A stretch of DNA of 64,000 nt from Caldisericia bacterium (GTDB lineage: Bacteria; Caldisericota; Caldisericia; JAAYUI01): positions 1,224,511 to 1,288,510 of the forward strand of contig OY771555.1 of the NCBI GenBank assembly GCA_963674785.1, read 5' to 3'. The notes under the pieces were generated by a model. The model saw only the letters and a program-made list of their open reading frames with translations. It was not told the origin of the DNA and ran no database searches. The translations under genes and the position numbers were made by a program. Below are positions 9,444-19,159 of the stretch, in pieces. Numbering within the stretch: position 1 is the stretch's first letter; every line of letters starts with the position of its first letter.

Positions 9444-12083
9444 ATGCGAGATATGAAGAAATTTGTAATTGCTTTTGTTTCACTGTTGCTTGTTGTTTCG
9501 ATGGTTGTTTCGTGCGGGGAGGAGAAAACTCCTGAAGAAATGGTCGAATATCTTGAGCAATGGCAGGTGGGAGGGATAGTAATCCCAACGGACGATTACC
9601 AGCTTTTTACAAAACTATCCATTTTGTCACAGAAGACTGAGGAAGTTTTTAAAGCTGAAATCACAAAAAAGCCTGATGGAATAGAAGTTGCCAAAAAGGA
9701 AAACATCACTTTTAACAAACACTACTACGATTTCTATGTTAAAGCAAAAGAGGATCAGGTGGGTATCTATCCATTTGAAATTACTCTTTCGTCCGATAAT
9801 AATACTCATGTGATAAAAGGAGAGATCGAGATTCTTGCCCAAACCGAGAAGTTAGATAATCTATTTGGTGGGGCAAACAGGTCAAACGTGCTAACTGGGT
9901 TTGATTTTGACGGCAAGGATGTTGTGAAAAACCACTCAATTACTGATGATCTTATAACCGGACCAGTATCAGATGGAAATAGTATTTTTATAGGAACAAA
10001 AGATGGAGATTTGATAAAACTTGACTCTGATTTAAATGAGTTTTCTAATATAAATATAATCGATGCTTCAATCGATAAAATTCAAATCTGTGGTGATTAT
10101 ATTTTTATTGCTGATGTTAATGGTGTTGCTTATATTTTTGAGAAATCTGATACCGATAATTCATCAATGAAACCTATCTCAAAGCTTGATCTGGGAAGTA
10201 GACTATCTGTCACTCCTTCTGTCGTTTCTGAAAAAAATCTTATTGTTGGGACAAAGGGCGGAGCAATAATTTCATTGGCATATCCAAAGCTTAAAAAGAA
10301 TTGGGACTATAAGACTGGTGGAGAAGTGATTTCGCTTGCGGCATCATCAGGAGTTTCAAAAAAAGGTGACCGAAAAGGGACAATTGTTGCTGCATGTGAT
10401 GATAGGAATGTATATTTTGTTGGTCTTGATGGAAAACTTGTAACTATGGAGTCAAATGTAAATGATTTTGTGAAACATGTTTCAATAAAAGACGGAAAGG
10501 TCGTTTTAATTTCCGAGACCAATAAAATCTTTTTGAGAAATCTCAGTGACCTATTAATCTACGACATGTTTACTGAAAAAAACATAGATAGTGGGGCAGC
10601 TTTTAATGGTGATTATGTAGTGACTGTCAGTAGAAATAACTTGAATGTTCATGGTATCGATGATGGTTACTTACAGTTGGAGATGCAACTTGATGCAGAG
10701 GTGGTTTACGATCCAATTATTTTGGATGATAAAGTTCTCTTGTTTTTAGAAGATGGTACTTTTAGAGTGATGGATTTCATGGATGGCACTGAACACTGTA
10801 GACACAATTTCTCAGGAAAACCTTTAGGATGGCCAATAATAATCGACGAAAAACTCGTTTTAATGAATGAAGATGGTTACATTTCAACATGGGGAGAAAG
10901 AGAAAGGGTTGAATTGAGCGGAGCCGTTGATATTTCAAGTGTGAAGTATTTTGGTGGAAGAGGAGACCTCAGGCATTCGGGGTCTTTTGATTTTTCTGTT
11001 CCAGAGAATCCTTCTGTCATTCTTGAAATTCCGGGTAATTTTGCTCCACCGATTATTTCTAATAAATACATTTTTTTGTATGATATGGATCGTGAAGAGT
11101 TCAGTTTGAGGTCACAAGAAGATGGTGGAATAGTTTGGTATATCCCTGAAAAAGCAGCACACGGGTTGTTCACTGGTGCGGGACTAAATGCTGGTCCTCA
11201 CGAATCTCCGATGTTTATTACGCAAGATGGATTATTTATTGCAACCGAATCAGGTCTTTGGCTTGTAGATGAGAATACTGGAGAAATAATACAAAAAACT
11301 AACTACATCGGTATCCCTCAGATTGATGAGCAGGTGATTGTTTTGACATCTGAAGCTGGTGTTGTGTGCCTTGACAGGAATATGAATCATTTATGGACAA
11401 AGAGTTTAATTGGAGTCACATCTGGTCAACTGTGTATTGATGACGACGAGATATATGTTTTTGATAGGAACGGTGATGATTCAAAAATATACGTTTTTGA
11501 AAAGTTGAGTGGAAATACCCTTTTTGAAGAAACCGATTCGATATTACAATATGGGACAAAATTAGTTCTCTCAAGCAAGATGGCCGCAACAGGAACAATA
11601 GCAGGGATGTGGCTTATGGGTAGAGAACCATATATGGTTTTTGGAGCGGTAAATGGTACAAATAGGGCTTTGAACCCATTTGTTATTGATGGTGTTATTG
11701 GCTCAATGCAAGAGGGAATCGGATTGATAAAAAAGATTGATTCTGTAAGAGATTTTGCGGAGATAAATTACTTTGATATTAGAGGGATTAAAGATGAAGA
11801 TTCAGTCTTCTACAACTTTTTTACAGGCAACGATTTTTTGACGTTTGATAGATTGGTATCACTTACTGCAAAAGAGGAGCTAAAGGCAAATACTGATGAA
11901 TCTATAAAACCTCCACCTGAGGTGTATGTAACAATTAGAAAAAAAATAAACGGAGAGATTCTTTCAGAAATTTTTGTTAATAGCACAGGAGTTGCGGATT
12001 ATGCGATGACAGCAACTGATAATTTAATTGCTGTCTGTCAGCAGGGACCATCACCAAAACTCCTTCTGATTGGCGAGAAGTAG
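9444..12083 (+). CDS. Lipoprotein with PQQ/BamB-like beta-propeller repeats
   Basis: Lipobox 'LLVVSMVVSC' after an N-terminal basic region. Recurrent ~40-aa repeats with G-x-[IV]-x-x-[LI]-D/ '...DG..' periodicity. 879 aa. Confidence 0.65.
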   Translation: MRDMKKFVIAFVSLLLVVSMVVSCGEEKTPEEMVEYLEQWQVGGIVIPTDDYQLFTKLSILSQKTEEVFKAEITKKPDGIEVAKKENITFNKHYYDFYVKAKEDQVGIYPFEITLSSDNNTHVIKGEIEILAQTEKLDNLFGGANRSNVLTGFDFDGKDVVKNHSITDDLITGPVSDGNSIFIGTKDGDLIKLDSDLNEFSNINIIDASIDKIQICGDYIFIADVNGVAYIFEKSDTDNSSMKPISKLDLGSRLSVTPSVVSEKNLIVGTKGGAIISLAYPKLKKNWDYKTGGEVISLAASSGVSKKGDRKGTIVAACDDRNVYFVGLDGKLVTMESNVNDFVKHVSIKDGKVVLISETNKIFLRNLSDLLIYDMFTEKNIDSGAAFNGDYVVTVSRNNLNVHGIDDGYLQLEMQLDAEVVYDPIILDDKVLLFLEDGTFRVMDFMDGTEHCRHNFSGKPLGWPIIIDEKLVLMNEDGYISTWGERERVELSGAVDISSVKYFGGRGDLRHSGSFDFSVPENPSVILEIPGNFAPPIISNKYIFLYDMDREEFSLRSQEDGGIVWYIPEKAAHGLFTGAGLNAGPHESPMFITQDGLFIATESGLWLVDENTGEIIQKTNYIGIPQIDEQVIVLTSEAGVVCLDRNMNHLWTKSLIGVTSGQLCIDDDEIYVFDRNGDDSKIYVFEKLSGNTLFEETDSILQYGTKLVLSSKMAATGTIAGMWLMGREPYMVFGAVNGTNRALNPFVIDGVIGSMQEGIGLIKKIDSVRDFAEINYFDIRGIKDEDSVFYNFFTGNDFLTFDRLVSLTAKEELKANTDESIKPPPEVYVTIRKKINGEILSEIFVNSTGVADYAMTATDNLIAVCQQGPSPKLLLIGEK

Positions 12084-12105
12084 AAATCTTATTTAGTACC
12101 CACGG

Positions 12106-12140
12106 AAAAAAGGCAGGCTTGAAAGCCTGCCTTTTTTATT
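12106..12140. terminator. Bidirectional rho-independent terminator between convergent genes
   Basis: 'aaaaaaGGCAGGCTTgaAAGCCTGCCttttttatt': a 9-bp GC-rich stem flanked by an A-run and a T-run, lying between the stops of 9444-12083(+) and 12153-15638(-). Confidence 0.8.
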
Positions 12141-12152
12141 TGTAACTGGTTG

Positions 12153-15100
12153 TTATGGGCAACAGTCTCCCCAACCCTTATAAACCCAGCTGATGATGTA
12201 TATCCCTGATGATTCTTTTGTGTATGTCACCTGGATACAGCTTCCAGGAGGAAGTGTTTTGAATGAGTACAATCCAGATTCATCGCGAAGTCCTGGTTGT
12301 ACCATAAGGCTCATACCCTTCATCTCATATTCATCACATGCTCTGTAATCAAGTGTCAGAATTGCGCCTTCACCGTCAATATTTGCATCATTTGTAAACC
12401 CATTAAATTCAATATTTGCCCAGTCATAATTATCAACACAACACTCGGTATATTTCATTGATTGCCACGCAACAACTCGATTTCTGTTTGTGAAGAATCT
12501 TACGCAATGCTTGTATTTTGCAGTGTATTCTTCAAATGTGAACTGCCCATGAATATCTTTCATTTTGGGGTCAATAAAGAATTGAGTATTATAATCATCG
12601 CATAGCTTGATTGTTACAAAAACATCTCCGTTTTTGTCTTTTTCGCTAACATTTTCTATCAGTCCGTCATATATTACTGAGCAACAGTCTTTGTCCTGGT
12701 CAAGTGCTGTCCATGAGATAATTTCTGTTCCTTTAACTTTCAGAATGACACATTTTCCTTCCCCATACTTTTGGAAGGTGTATTTTCTTGTTGTGTCCAT
12801 AAGTGTTTTTTTTGCATTGTAACCAAGTCTTACATTTTCGTTAAGGTCCGGGCACTCACTAACCCAAACTGTTAGACTATCTCCATCATCATCAATTCCT
12901 CCAATTTTTCCAACAACGATTTTAGGTGGAGTGATTTTTGTGCAACAATCACCATCTGTAGAAACAAGTGTCCATGAGTCAACACTCAATACATTGCTTC
13001 CACCGCTAATACTAACACAGAAGGTTCCGCATACACCTTTTTTTATATCCTTGATGTGCATCTTTCCAGTTGTATCCATTAAGTCTGGATCAGCGGCCAA
13101 CATTACACCCATCCCAGATGCTGGATTCAAACATTCTTTTATAAAAATCATATCTGAGTAACCTTCGCCACCAGGATTTCTGTTTGTTACTGTCCCAAAA
13201 ATCTTTTTGCCTTCACAGACCTTGCTTTCTGGTGTTGGGTCAGGCTGCTCTTGGTTACCGCAGCAATCTTTTACAAGAGGAAGTGCAATCCATGAAACAA
13301 TCCTTTTGTTTACAACACAAATCTTCGCACACCCTTTATAGTCAAAGATTTTGTAATTTCCAGATTTATCAATTCTGATATCATCTGATCCCGTATACTC
13401 ATCAAAAACTGAAAACTCTCCACCACAAATCTTGATTGAAACCTTCCAAGGAAGGTCGCTTGTTCCTGTACGTTCTGCAGAGAATATTTCAACTGGATAC
13501 CAAGTGCAATCTTCTGGTGGTGGCTGGTCGCCTTTGCAACAATTTCCGCCATTTCTGATCATGGTTGGATAGATTTCCTTGTAGGGAAGTGCATCTTCAT
13601 AGATGGGGTTTTCTTTCGCTTCACCGCAGACGATCCAGCATTGCCCCTCTCTTATCTCAGCACACTGATCAGCTGAAAGGTAAACCCTCCATGCAGTATT
13701 ATTCTTGTCGTACCCGTCAAAATTAGGTTCATCATCGTCACAATTTACGACTTCAACTGAAACGCAGAAACAATTCGAATCATTACCACAGCAGTCTTCC
13801 AAAAATGCCTCTGTCACTCTCATTGATTTTCCAACAGGTGTTCCAGTTGTTTCGTCTTGAACAACAACAATCCCACAAACCTTCCAGCATTCGCCAATCT
13901 GCATGTCAGATGCTAGATTTCTGTCAACTACAAGACCCCAAGTTGTATCAGCTGTATCACCGGTCATTATGAATAGGTTATCATTGAGTGTAACTTTTGT
14001 TTTTATGGTCACACAAACACATTCTGCTTCTGGTTCTCCGCAGCAGTCTTCTTTTGTAGCCTCTTCGACCTTCATGCCAAAATTTATACCAGGGGTTGGT
14101 GTTCCGATTTCTCCAGTGTCTTCCTGCTCAACGATTTCACCGCAGACTTTCCAACACTCTCCATCATTCATTGAGTATGCAATGTCTCTTGGGATAAGCA
14201 GACCCAAAACTGTGCCATCTTCCTTTGTTCCGGTTGCGACAAAGAAGTCGTCATTAATTCTGGTTTTTCCATCGATGATTACACAAACACACTCAACCAC
14301 AGGTGGGTTATTATCGCAGCAGGTTCCTTCGCTAATCTGTGTGACTTCAAATCCTGGGAATCCGTGTTTTCCTTCAACGAGGTTTCCCTCAACATTGATG
14401 CAACTTCCTTCCATAAACTCAGCTTGAAGTGTTGGTGCTTTGAATAGAACCCATTTGACTCCCCATTCATCAGTTACGTATGCTTCACCTCTTCCAACCT
14501 CTTCAACATGAACACAAAGTCCGCACGAACCACCACCATCATTATTGTCGTCTGGTTCACATGGGCATTCTACGCCTCGAATGCTTGTAACCCTGAAAAC
14601 ACTTACAGTTTGTACATTTGTGCCTGGGAGTGGGGTTGTGATTGGGTCTTCTGTTTCTGAGCTTTGTGGATATCCGCAGATTTCATAACATTTGTTCACT
14701 TCAAGTTTGTAAGCAAGTGATGTCGAATTCCCCTCAAACATCAGATTCCAAGTTTTTCCATTTCCATCAACAGCTGTTGCTGTTGGGATTTCAGAAGTTG
14801 TGTTCAGAGATGCAATTGTCATGCATGTGCATTCGCGGCATTCTGGGTCATCAAAATAAAGAACAACGGTGCTTGTGTCTGAAAACCACTTGATGTCGTT
14901 TGGACCAGTAGCACCAAGATTTTCTGCAACAAATCTCATTGGAAGAAGCGTTCTTCCGTTTACAACATACCCAACAACAGATGGGTTATTGGGGTCAATC
15001 TGAACAGGCTGACCGTTTACAGCAGCAGTTGGTTTTCCAATCCAGATTTCAATGACATTGTGGTCGGTTGTTGTGATGATGATTTTTTTCTCGGCTGCGA

Positions 15101-15638
15101 CATAATCAACAGTTGCACCCATTTCCTCAGCAACATATCTGATGAGAAGGAACATTCTTGACTGATTGATTACTGGTGCTGCCTCCATTGGCCCCTTTTC
15201 GCCATCGTCAACCCAATACATGGTGTTTCCAACCTGATACTTGAGGATTCTTACACAATCATCTTCTTCCTCGTCTGGTGGGCAGGTTGGGGTCGCACAG
15301 TCCTCAATCGACTGAGCAAACTCATTTGCACCACTATCAACAGCGCGAACATAGTAGCAATAGAGCTGATCGTTCTGGATGTTGATTGTGTCTCTGAAAT
15401 ATGTTTCCTCAATTGGGAAATCAGTAAGAGGAGTTGCATACTCCATGCCAACTCCTGGTCCCCTGTAAATCCAGTAGTGGGCAGCATTTGGGACAGCATC
15501 CCAAACCAAGTCGTTATAACCACAACCAGGTGTGACTGTCAGATTAAATCCATCCTGAGCAACAGCTGGTGTGTTGGGTGGAATAATGCTCAAAATCATG
15601 AGCACAGCAATAGCAAACGTTATAAGTCTAGCCTTCAT
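12153..15638 (-). CDS. Large secreted Cys-rich repeat protein; N-terminal FnIII-like plus tandem CAO-N-like module, then repeated 'ECWKVCG...DCCG...C[VF]CV' units
   Basis: Signal peptide 'MKARLITFAIAVLMILSIIPPNTPAVA'. 'VNGRTLLPMRFVAENLGATG' CAO-N signature. At least three 'G[EQ]CW[KI]VCG' units. Many 'DCCG/DCCT/DCCS/ECCV/GDCCP' motifs. Confidence 0.75.
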   Translation of the reverse strand: MKARLITFAIAVLMILSIIPPNTPAVAQDGFNLTVTPGCGYNDLVWDAVPNAAHYWIYRGPGVGMEYATPLTDFPIEETYFRDTINIQNDQLYCYYVRAVDSGANEFAQSIEDCATPTCPPDEEEDDCVRILKYQVGNTMYWVDDGEKGPMEAAPVINQSRMFLLIRYVAEEMGATVDYVAAEKKIIITTTDHNVIEIWIGKPTAAVNGQPVQIDPNNPSVVGYVVNGRTLLPMRFVAENLGATGPNDIKWFSDTSTVVLYFDDPECRECTCMTIASLNTTSEIPTATAVDGNGKTWNLMFEGNSTSLAYKLEVNKCYEICGYPQSSETEDPITTPLPGTNVQTVSVFRVTSIRGVECPCEPDDNNDGGGSCGLCVHVEEVGRGEAYVTDEWGVKWVLFKAPTLQAEFMEGSCINVEGNLVEGKHGFPGFEVTQISEGTCCDNNPPVVECVCVIIDGKTRINDDFFVATGTKEDGTVLGLLIPRDIAYSMNDGECWKVCGEIVEQEDTGEIGTPTPGINFGMKVEEATKEDCCGEPEAECVCVTIKTKVTLNDNLFIMTGDTADTTWGLVVDRNLASDMQIGECWKVCGIVVVQDETTGTPVGKSMRVTEAFLEDCCGNDSNCFCVSVEVVNCDDDEPNFDGYDKNNTAWRVYLSADQCAEIREGQCWIVCGEAKENPIYEDALPYKEIYPTMIRNGGNCCKGDQPPPEDCTWYPVEIFSAERTGTSDLPWKVSIKICGGEFSVFDEYTGSDDIRIDKSGNYKIFDYKGCAKICVVNKRIVSWIALPLVKDCCGNQEQPDPTPESKVCEGKKIFGTVTNRNPGGEGYSDMIFIKECLNPASGMGVMLAADPDLMDTTGKMHIKDIKKGVCGTFCVSISGGSNVLSVDSWTLVSTDGDCCTKITPPKIVVGKIGGIDDDGDSLTVWVSECPDLNENVRLGYNAKKTLMDTTRKYTFQKYGEGKCVILKVKGTEIISWTALDQDKDCCSVIYDGLIENVSEKDKNGDVFVTIKLCDDYNTQFFIDPKMKDIHGQFTFEEYTAKYKHCVRFFTNRNRVVAWQSMKYTECCVDNYDWANIEFNGFTNDANIDGEGAILTLDYRACDEYEMKGMSLMVQPGLRDESGLYSFKTLPPGSCIQVTYTKESSGIYIISWVYKGWGDCCP

Positions 15639-15807
15639 TTTCTAGACCTCCTTATAGAATCTTTGACTCCAATTGTAGCAGAAAAAAGTCGTTTTTTTGC
15701 TGTAGTTCGTACACAATTTAGCAATATTTATTAAACTGGTTGTTATTGTTTGTAATCCAGAGTACTAGCGTTGCAATTGCTGTTGACACAATATATCATC
15801 TTAACAA

Positions 15808-16299
15808 ATGGAAGAGATAATTTTCAAACCTGTTGGATATGCAGAAACCCCTTGGAAGACTCGTGAAGGAACTCCAATCAGTCCACGTGCAGCAAAGGGA
15901 ACTCGCGGAATCATCAAGCTAAAACCTGAATTTGAAGAGTGCCTTCATGATGTTGATGGATTCTCACACGTGCGTGTGATTTTCAACTTTCATCTTTCAG
16001 ATAGCTACAAATGCAAGGTTGTGCCTTTCATGGACACAGTTGAACGTGGTGTTTTTGCAACCCACGCACCAAGACGTCCAAATCAGATTGGTGCATCTGT
16101 TTTGAAGGTGGTATCTGTCGAGGGTTGCAATCTCACAGTTGAGGATGTCGACCTGCTAGATGGAACCCCTATTCTGGACATCAAACCCTACTTTGCCTCA
16201 TTTGAACAAGGCGAGGAAAAGGTGGAGTTTCGATATGGTTGGCTTGAGAGGTTGGAGAAAAAGTCAGAGAGTAAGAAAGCGGATGAGAGGTTTAGTTAG
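15808..16299 (+). CDS. TsaA/YaeB-like (TrmO family) SAM-dependent tRNA methyltransferase
   Basis: UPF0066 hallmark 'RPNQIG...V.L.......V.GVDLLDGTPILDIKPY'. Size of 163 aa is typical for the family. Confidence 0.75.
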   Translation: MEEIIFKPVGYAETPWKTREGTPISPRAAKGTRGIIKLKPEFEECLHDVDGFSHVRVIFNFHLSDSYKCKVVPFMDTVERGVFATHAPRRPNQIGASVLKVVSVEGCNLTVEDVDLLDGTPILDIKPYFASFEQGEEKVEFRYGWLERLEKKSESKKADERFS

Positions 16300-16304
16300 T
16301 CAGA

Positions 16305-17414
16305 TTACTCATATTCAATAGTTTCCGCTATTTCATCAATGAACTCAGGTTTTATATATTTCATTATGTCTTTGATTTTCTCGATACCATTGAGTAATGA
16401 TTCATATGATATATAACTGCATATATCTGGTAGTGGTGGATCAAGATGGGAAAAGGTAGGTCTAATAATCTGATTAAAAACCTTTTCTCTTTTTTCAATT
16501 GGGGCAACAATGTAAAGATTTATGTTGATATTTGGTTGAAGACTTATTAGGTCAGACATTCTTAGTAAGCCAGAATATATAGATGTTGTGTGTTCGATTT
16601 CAAATGCAGAAATAATCGATTTTCCCTTTAGCCACAATACATCTATTAGCTCAATAGTTTTTTTCGTACTTTCGTGAAAGTTTATCGGTAATTCGTCAAG
16701 AAGTCCTGGAAGATTTGAAATAATACCATTTTTACTTTCCCTATTTCTATCGTTTTTGGGTACCCAAGTTTTTAATCCCAGATCATATCCTAATTTAGAT
16801 AAAGCAAATTGAATATCAGTATGTGATAACAAGTCGTTAGTGAGTTTAATGTCATTGATGTCTTCATCAACTGGAATTGAAATTATCTTACCACTTGCAG
16901 TCTCATCAAGTTTTGGTGTATTCTTATTCGTGAGCCACTTTTTATCGATTTCCTTTTTTATTGGATTTTCCTTGGCATTTTTAATAGCTGATAGCACTAA
17001 TTCCCCATCTGCTGTTTTCCACTTCATTGGAGATGATCTAACAAAAGATGTCCAGTAATGTTTTGGTTTATCTTCTTTGTTGAAAAATGATAGCTCCTTA
17101 ATTTCTTTGATAGGGACTCCATATTCAAAATCAATTTCGTCGATTATCTTTACCTTCATTCTTGATGGGAAAGGATCTGCAGAAAAAATCTTTTGCTTGT
17201 CATCTTCGAATGGTTCTGAGACAACCTCCAGAACTCCAACAAATCTAGATATCCCGATTATATAACAGAGCAAATAATCTCCTGGTTTGATTTTTTGAAC
17301 AATATTCCACCTAGATTTTCTGAATCCGGATACTTCTCCCCCAGCTTCTTTAAACTCAGTCCAACTTTTGATCGAGAAAAGGTCTAACCAGTATGTTCTT
17401 TTTTTGTTTCCCAT
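16305..17414 (-). CDS. EVE (PUA-like) domain protein with an uncharacterised ~230-aa C-terminal domain
   Basis: N-terminus 'RTYWLDLFSIKSWTEFKEAGGEVSGFRKSRWNIVQKIKPGDYLLCYIIGISRFVGVLEVVSEPFED' matches the EVE-domain pattern (YW...W...G...GF...RW...PGD.ll.Y......GV.EV). C-terminus contains 'IDVLWL...AFEIEHT'. Confidence 0.6.
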   Translation of the reverse strand: MGNKKRTYWLDLFSIKSWTEFKEAGGEVSGFRKSRWNIVQKIKPGDYLLCYIIGISRFVGVLEVVSEPFEDDKQKIFSADPFPSRMKVKIIDEIDFEYGVPIKEIKELSFFNKEDKPKHYWTSFVRSSPMKWKTADGELVLSAIKNAKENPIKKEIDKKWLTNKNTPKLDETASGKIISIPVDEDINDIKLTNDLLSHTDIQFALSKLGYDLGLKTWVPKNDRNRESKNGIISNLPGLLDELPINFHESTKKTIELIDVLWLKGKSIISAFEIEHTTSIYSGLLRMSDLISLQPNININLYIVAPIEKREKVFNQIIRPTFSHLDPPLPDICSYISYESLLNGIEKIKDIMKYIKPEFIDEIAETIEYE

Positions 17415-17450
17415 ATTACAAATGGTATTTTCAATATATGTAATGTCAAA

Positions 17451-19118
17451 TTATTCATTTTGAGTATCTGAAACTTCTTTTCTCATCACCTCAACCACCC
17501 AATATGTTGCCTTACCCATCTGGTCTCTTGCGCCAATCTGGATGATTGTTTTGTATTCATCAGCAAACTTGACCTCAACGCTTCCAGTTGGGTGAACTGA
17601 ACTTGCGGGGTTATATTTCCAGGAGCATGTCTCAATTCCAGTTTTGATGTCATAAACATGAATCTCTTCACCACCTGCGACCATGACGGCGTTTACACCC
17701 ACTCGCTCCATGTACATTCCGCCAGGTCTTGACCATGCCATCTCGCCATCTGCCCCAAAAGCCAAAACTCCTTCGTTGATACCCTCTCTACCTGGGAAGT
17801 TTAGGTCGTGGTTATCAATCATCTCAAGTGGGTTATCAAGCACAAACTCATCAAGAACCATGGATGATAATCCCTGCCTTATATCAACATACATTGTGCA
17901 AGCCTTGCCGTCTGTGAAGAAAACTATGTCATCTTTGACATGAATCATCTCGGTTGCTGGTCTGTCGACCTGCAGCGCCCACATGAAATCCTCACTGTTT
18001 ACTGATAATTCATATCCGGTGAGGAACTCACCATCATACATCAGACCGATTCCGTCATGAAAGAAATCGTATTTGTTTCTAATAATCCCTGAGTCCTGGG
18101 TTCTGAAATTGAAAATATTACCGCTATCAGAGATCAGTAAATCTCCAGTGATTATTGTGAAATCTATTCCCTCTGTTGTGTTCAAAACTTCAACCTTACC
18201 TTCGGCTGTGATGAAGACATATTTTCCACTCTCGGTTTTGTATATGATTTCTCCAAGCTCTGTCACGTGGTTGAACCCGAGTCTGTCCGGTGTCAGGTTT
18301 TCATCAAGAGCTATGACATGAGAATTTACTCCGTTGAATGTTGTGAATTGCTTGGTTTTTTCATTGTATGTCACCAACGAATTATTGGTTTTTCCGAAAA
18401 ACATTCCTTCAAATTTTTGGATGTCAATGCCCGTGAATCTGCCACTTGGAGCGATTGAGTTTGTTCCTGGTCTGACATCTTGAGCTCCCCAGTATCCTTG
18501 AATCAAACCCTTCCCGCTTAAAACCCTTGTCTGGATGTCTTCAATGACAAGTGTTGCTTGCTCTTCAAGATTGATTGCAAGTGGGATTCTTCCCTCAGAA
18601 AGTTCCTTTTCGCCGTCAAAAACCCTGACCCTTATACCATCGGTTCCTCTGATGAGGGTGTTTGAATCAAAGCTGACGAGATTTACAGATCCTGCTTTTA
18701 CGTATATTGGTTTTTTGCTTTGCCCAACTCCACCAACCCTGTACGTTCTGCTGCTGTTTACTGGGGCGATGAAAACAACCGGAACCCTACCGATAACAGA
18801 ATTGTTTGATGAAAGCTCAAGCCCTGACTCATCTGCAACCACCACTGTAAACAATTCATCACTTAAAGGCAGAATCCATTTTCTATCCTTGGAAAGTGCA
18901 AGATGGAGATTGCAATCATAATCCATTCCAAGGTGTTTGATTTTGACAAGTAAATCAGCCCCTCGGTTGTCGGTAGAGATTACCTCGACTGATTGTTTAC
19001 CAGGGATATTAAGATTTGGGATTGAAGGCATTTTGTCAGATGATATATACCAGATCACCCCAATAATCAGTATCACACAAATTGCACTAACTGTAACAAG
19101 AACCGTGTTTTTTCGCAT
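17451..19118 (-). CDS. N-terminally membrane-anchored extracytoplasmic protein, beta-rich, function unknown
   Basis: Single N-terminal TM 'VLVTVSAICVILIIGVIWYI'. 555 aa with no recognisable catalytic motif. Confidence 0.5.
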   Translation of the reverse strand: MRKNTVLVTVSAICVILIIGVIWYISSDKMPSIPNLNIPGKQSVEVISTDNRGADLLVKIKHLGMDYDCNLHLALSKDRKWILPLSDELFTVVVADESGLELSSNNSVIGRVPVVFIAPVNSSRTYRVGGVGQSKKPIYVKAGSVNLVSFDSNTLIRGTDGIRVRVFDGEKELSEGRIPLAINLEEQATLVIEDIQTRVLSGKGLIQGYWGAQDVRPGTNSIAPSGRFTGIDIQKFEGMFFGKTNNSLVTYNEKTKQFTTFNGVNSHVIALDENLTPDRLGFNHVTELGEIIYKTESGKYVFITAEGKVEVLNTTEGIDFTIITGDLLISDSGNIFNFRTQDSGIIRNKYDFFHDGIGLMYDGEFLTGYELSVNSEDFMWALQVDRPATEMIHVKDDIVFFTDGKACTMYVDIRQGLSSMVLDEFVLDNPLEMIDNHDLNFPGREGINEGVLAFGADGEMAWSRPGGMYMERVGVNAVMVAGGEEIHVYDIKTGIETCSWKYNPASSVHPTGSVEVKFADEYKTIIQIGARDQMGKATYWVVEVMRKEVSDTQNE

Positions 19119-19159
19119 GACATAGATTATAACAAAAAAGCTTTAAATGGAAATTACGA

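Noticed and set aside
12607-15523. Numerous 60-175-aa ORFs antisense to, or out of frame within, the large surface-protein genes (similar ones lie inside every >2-kb gene)
   Set aside because: They are embedded in long well-supported genes, lack Shine-Dalgarno or start context, and have low-complexity Ser/Thr/Pro-rich translations typical of antisense frames of AT-rich coding DNA.
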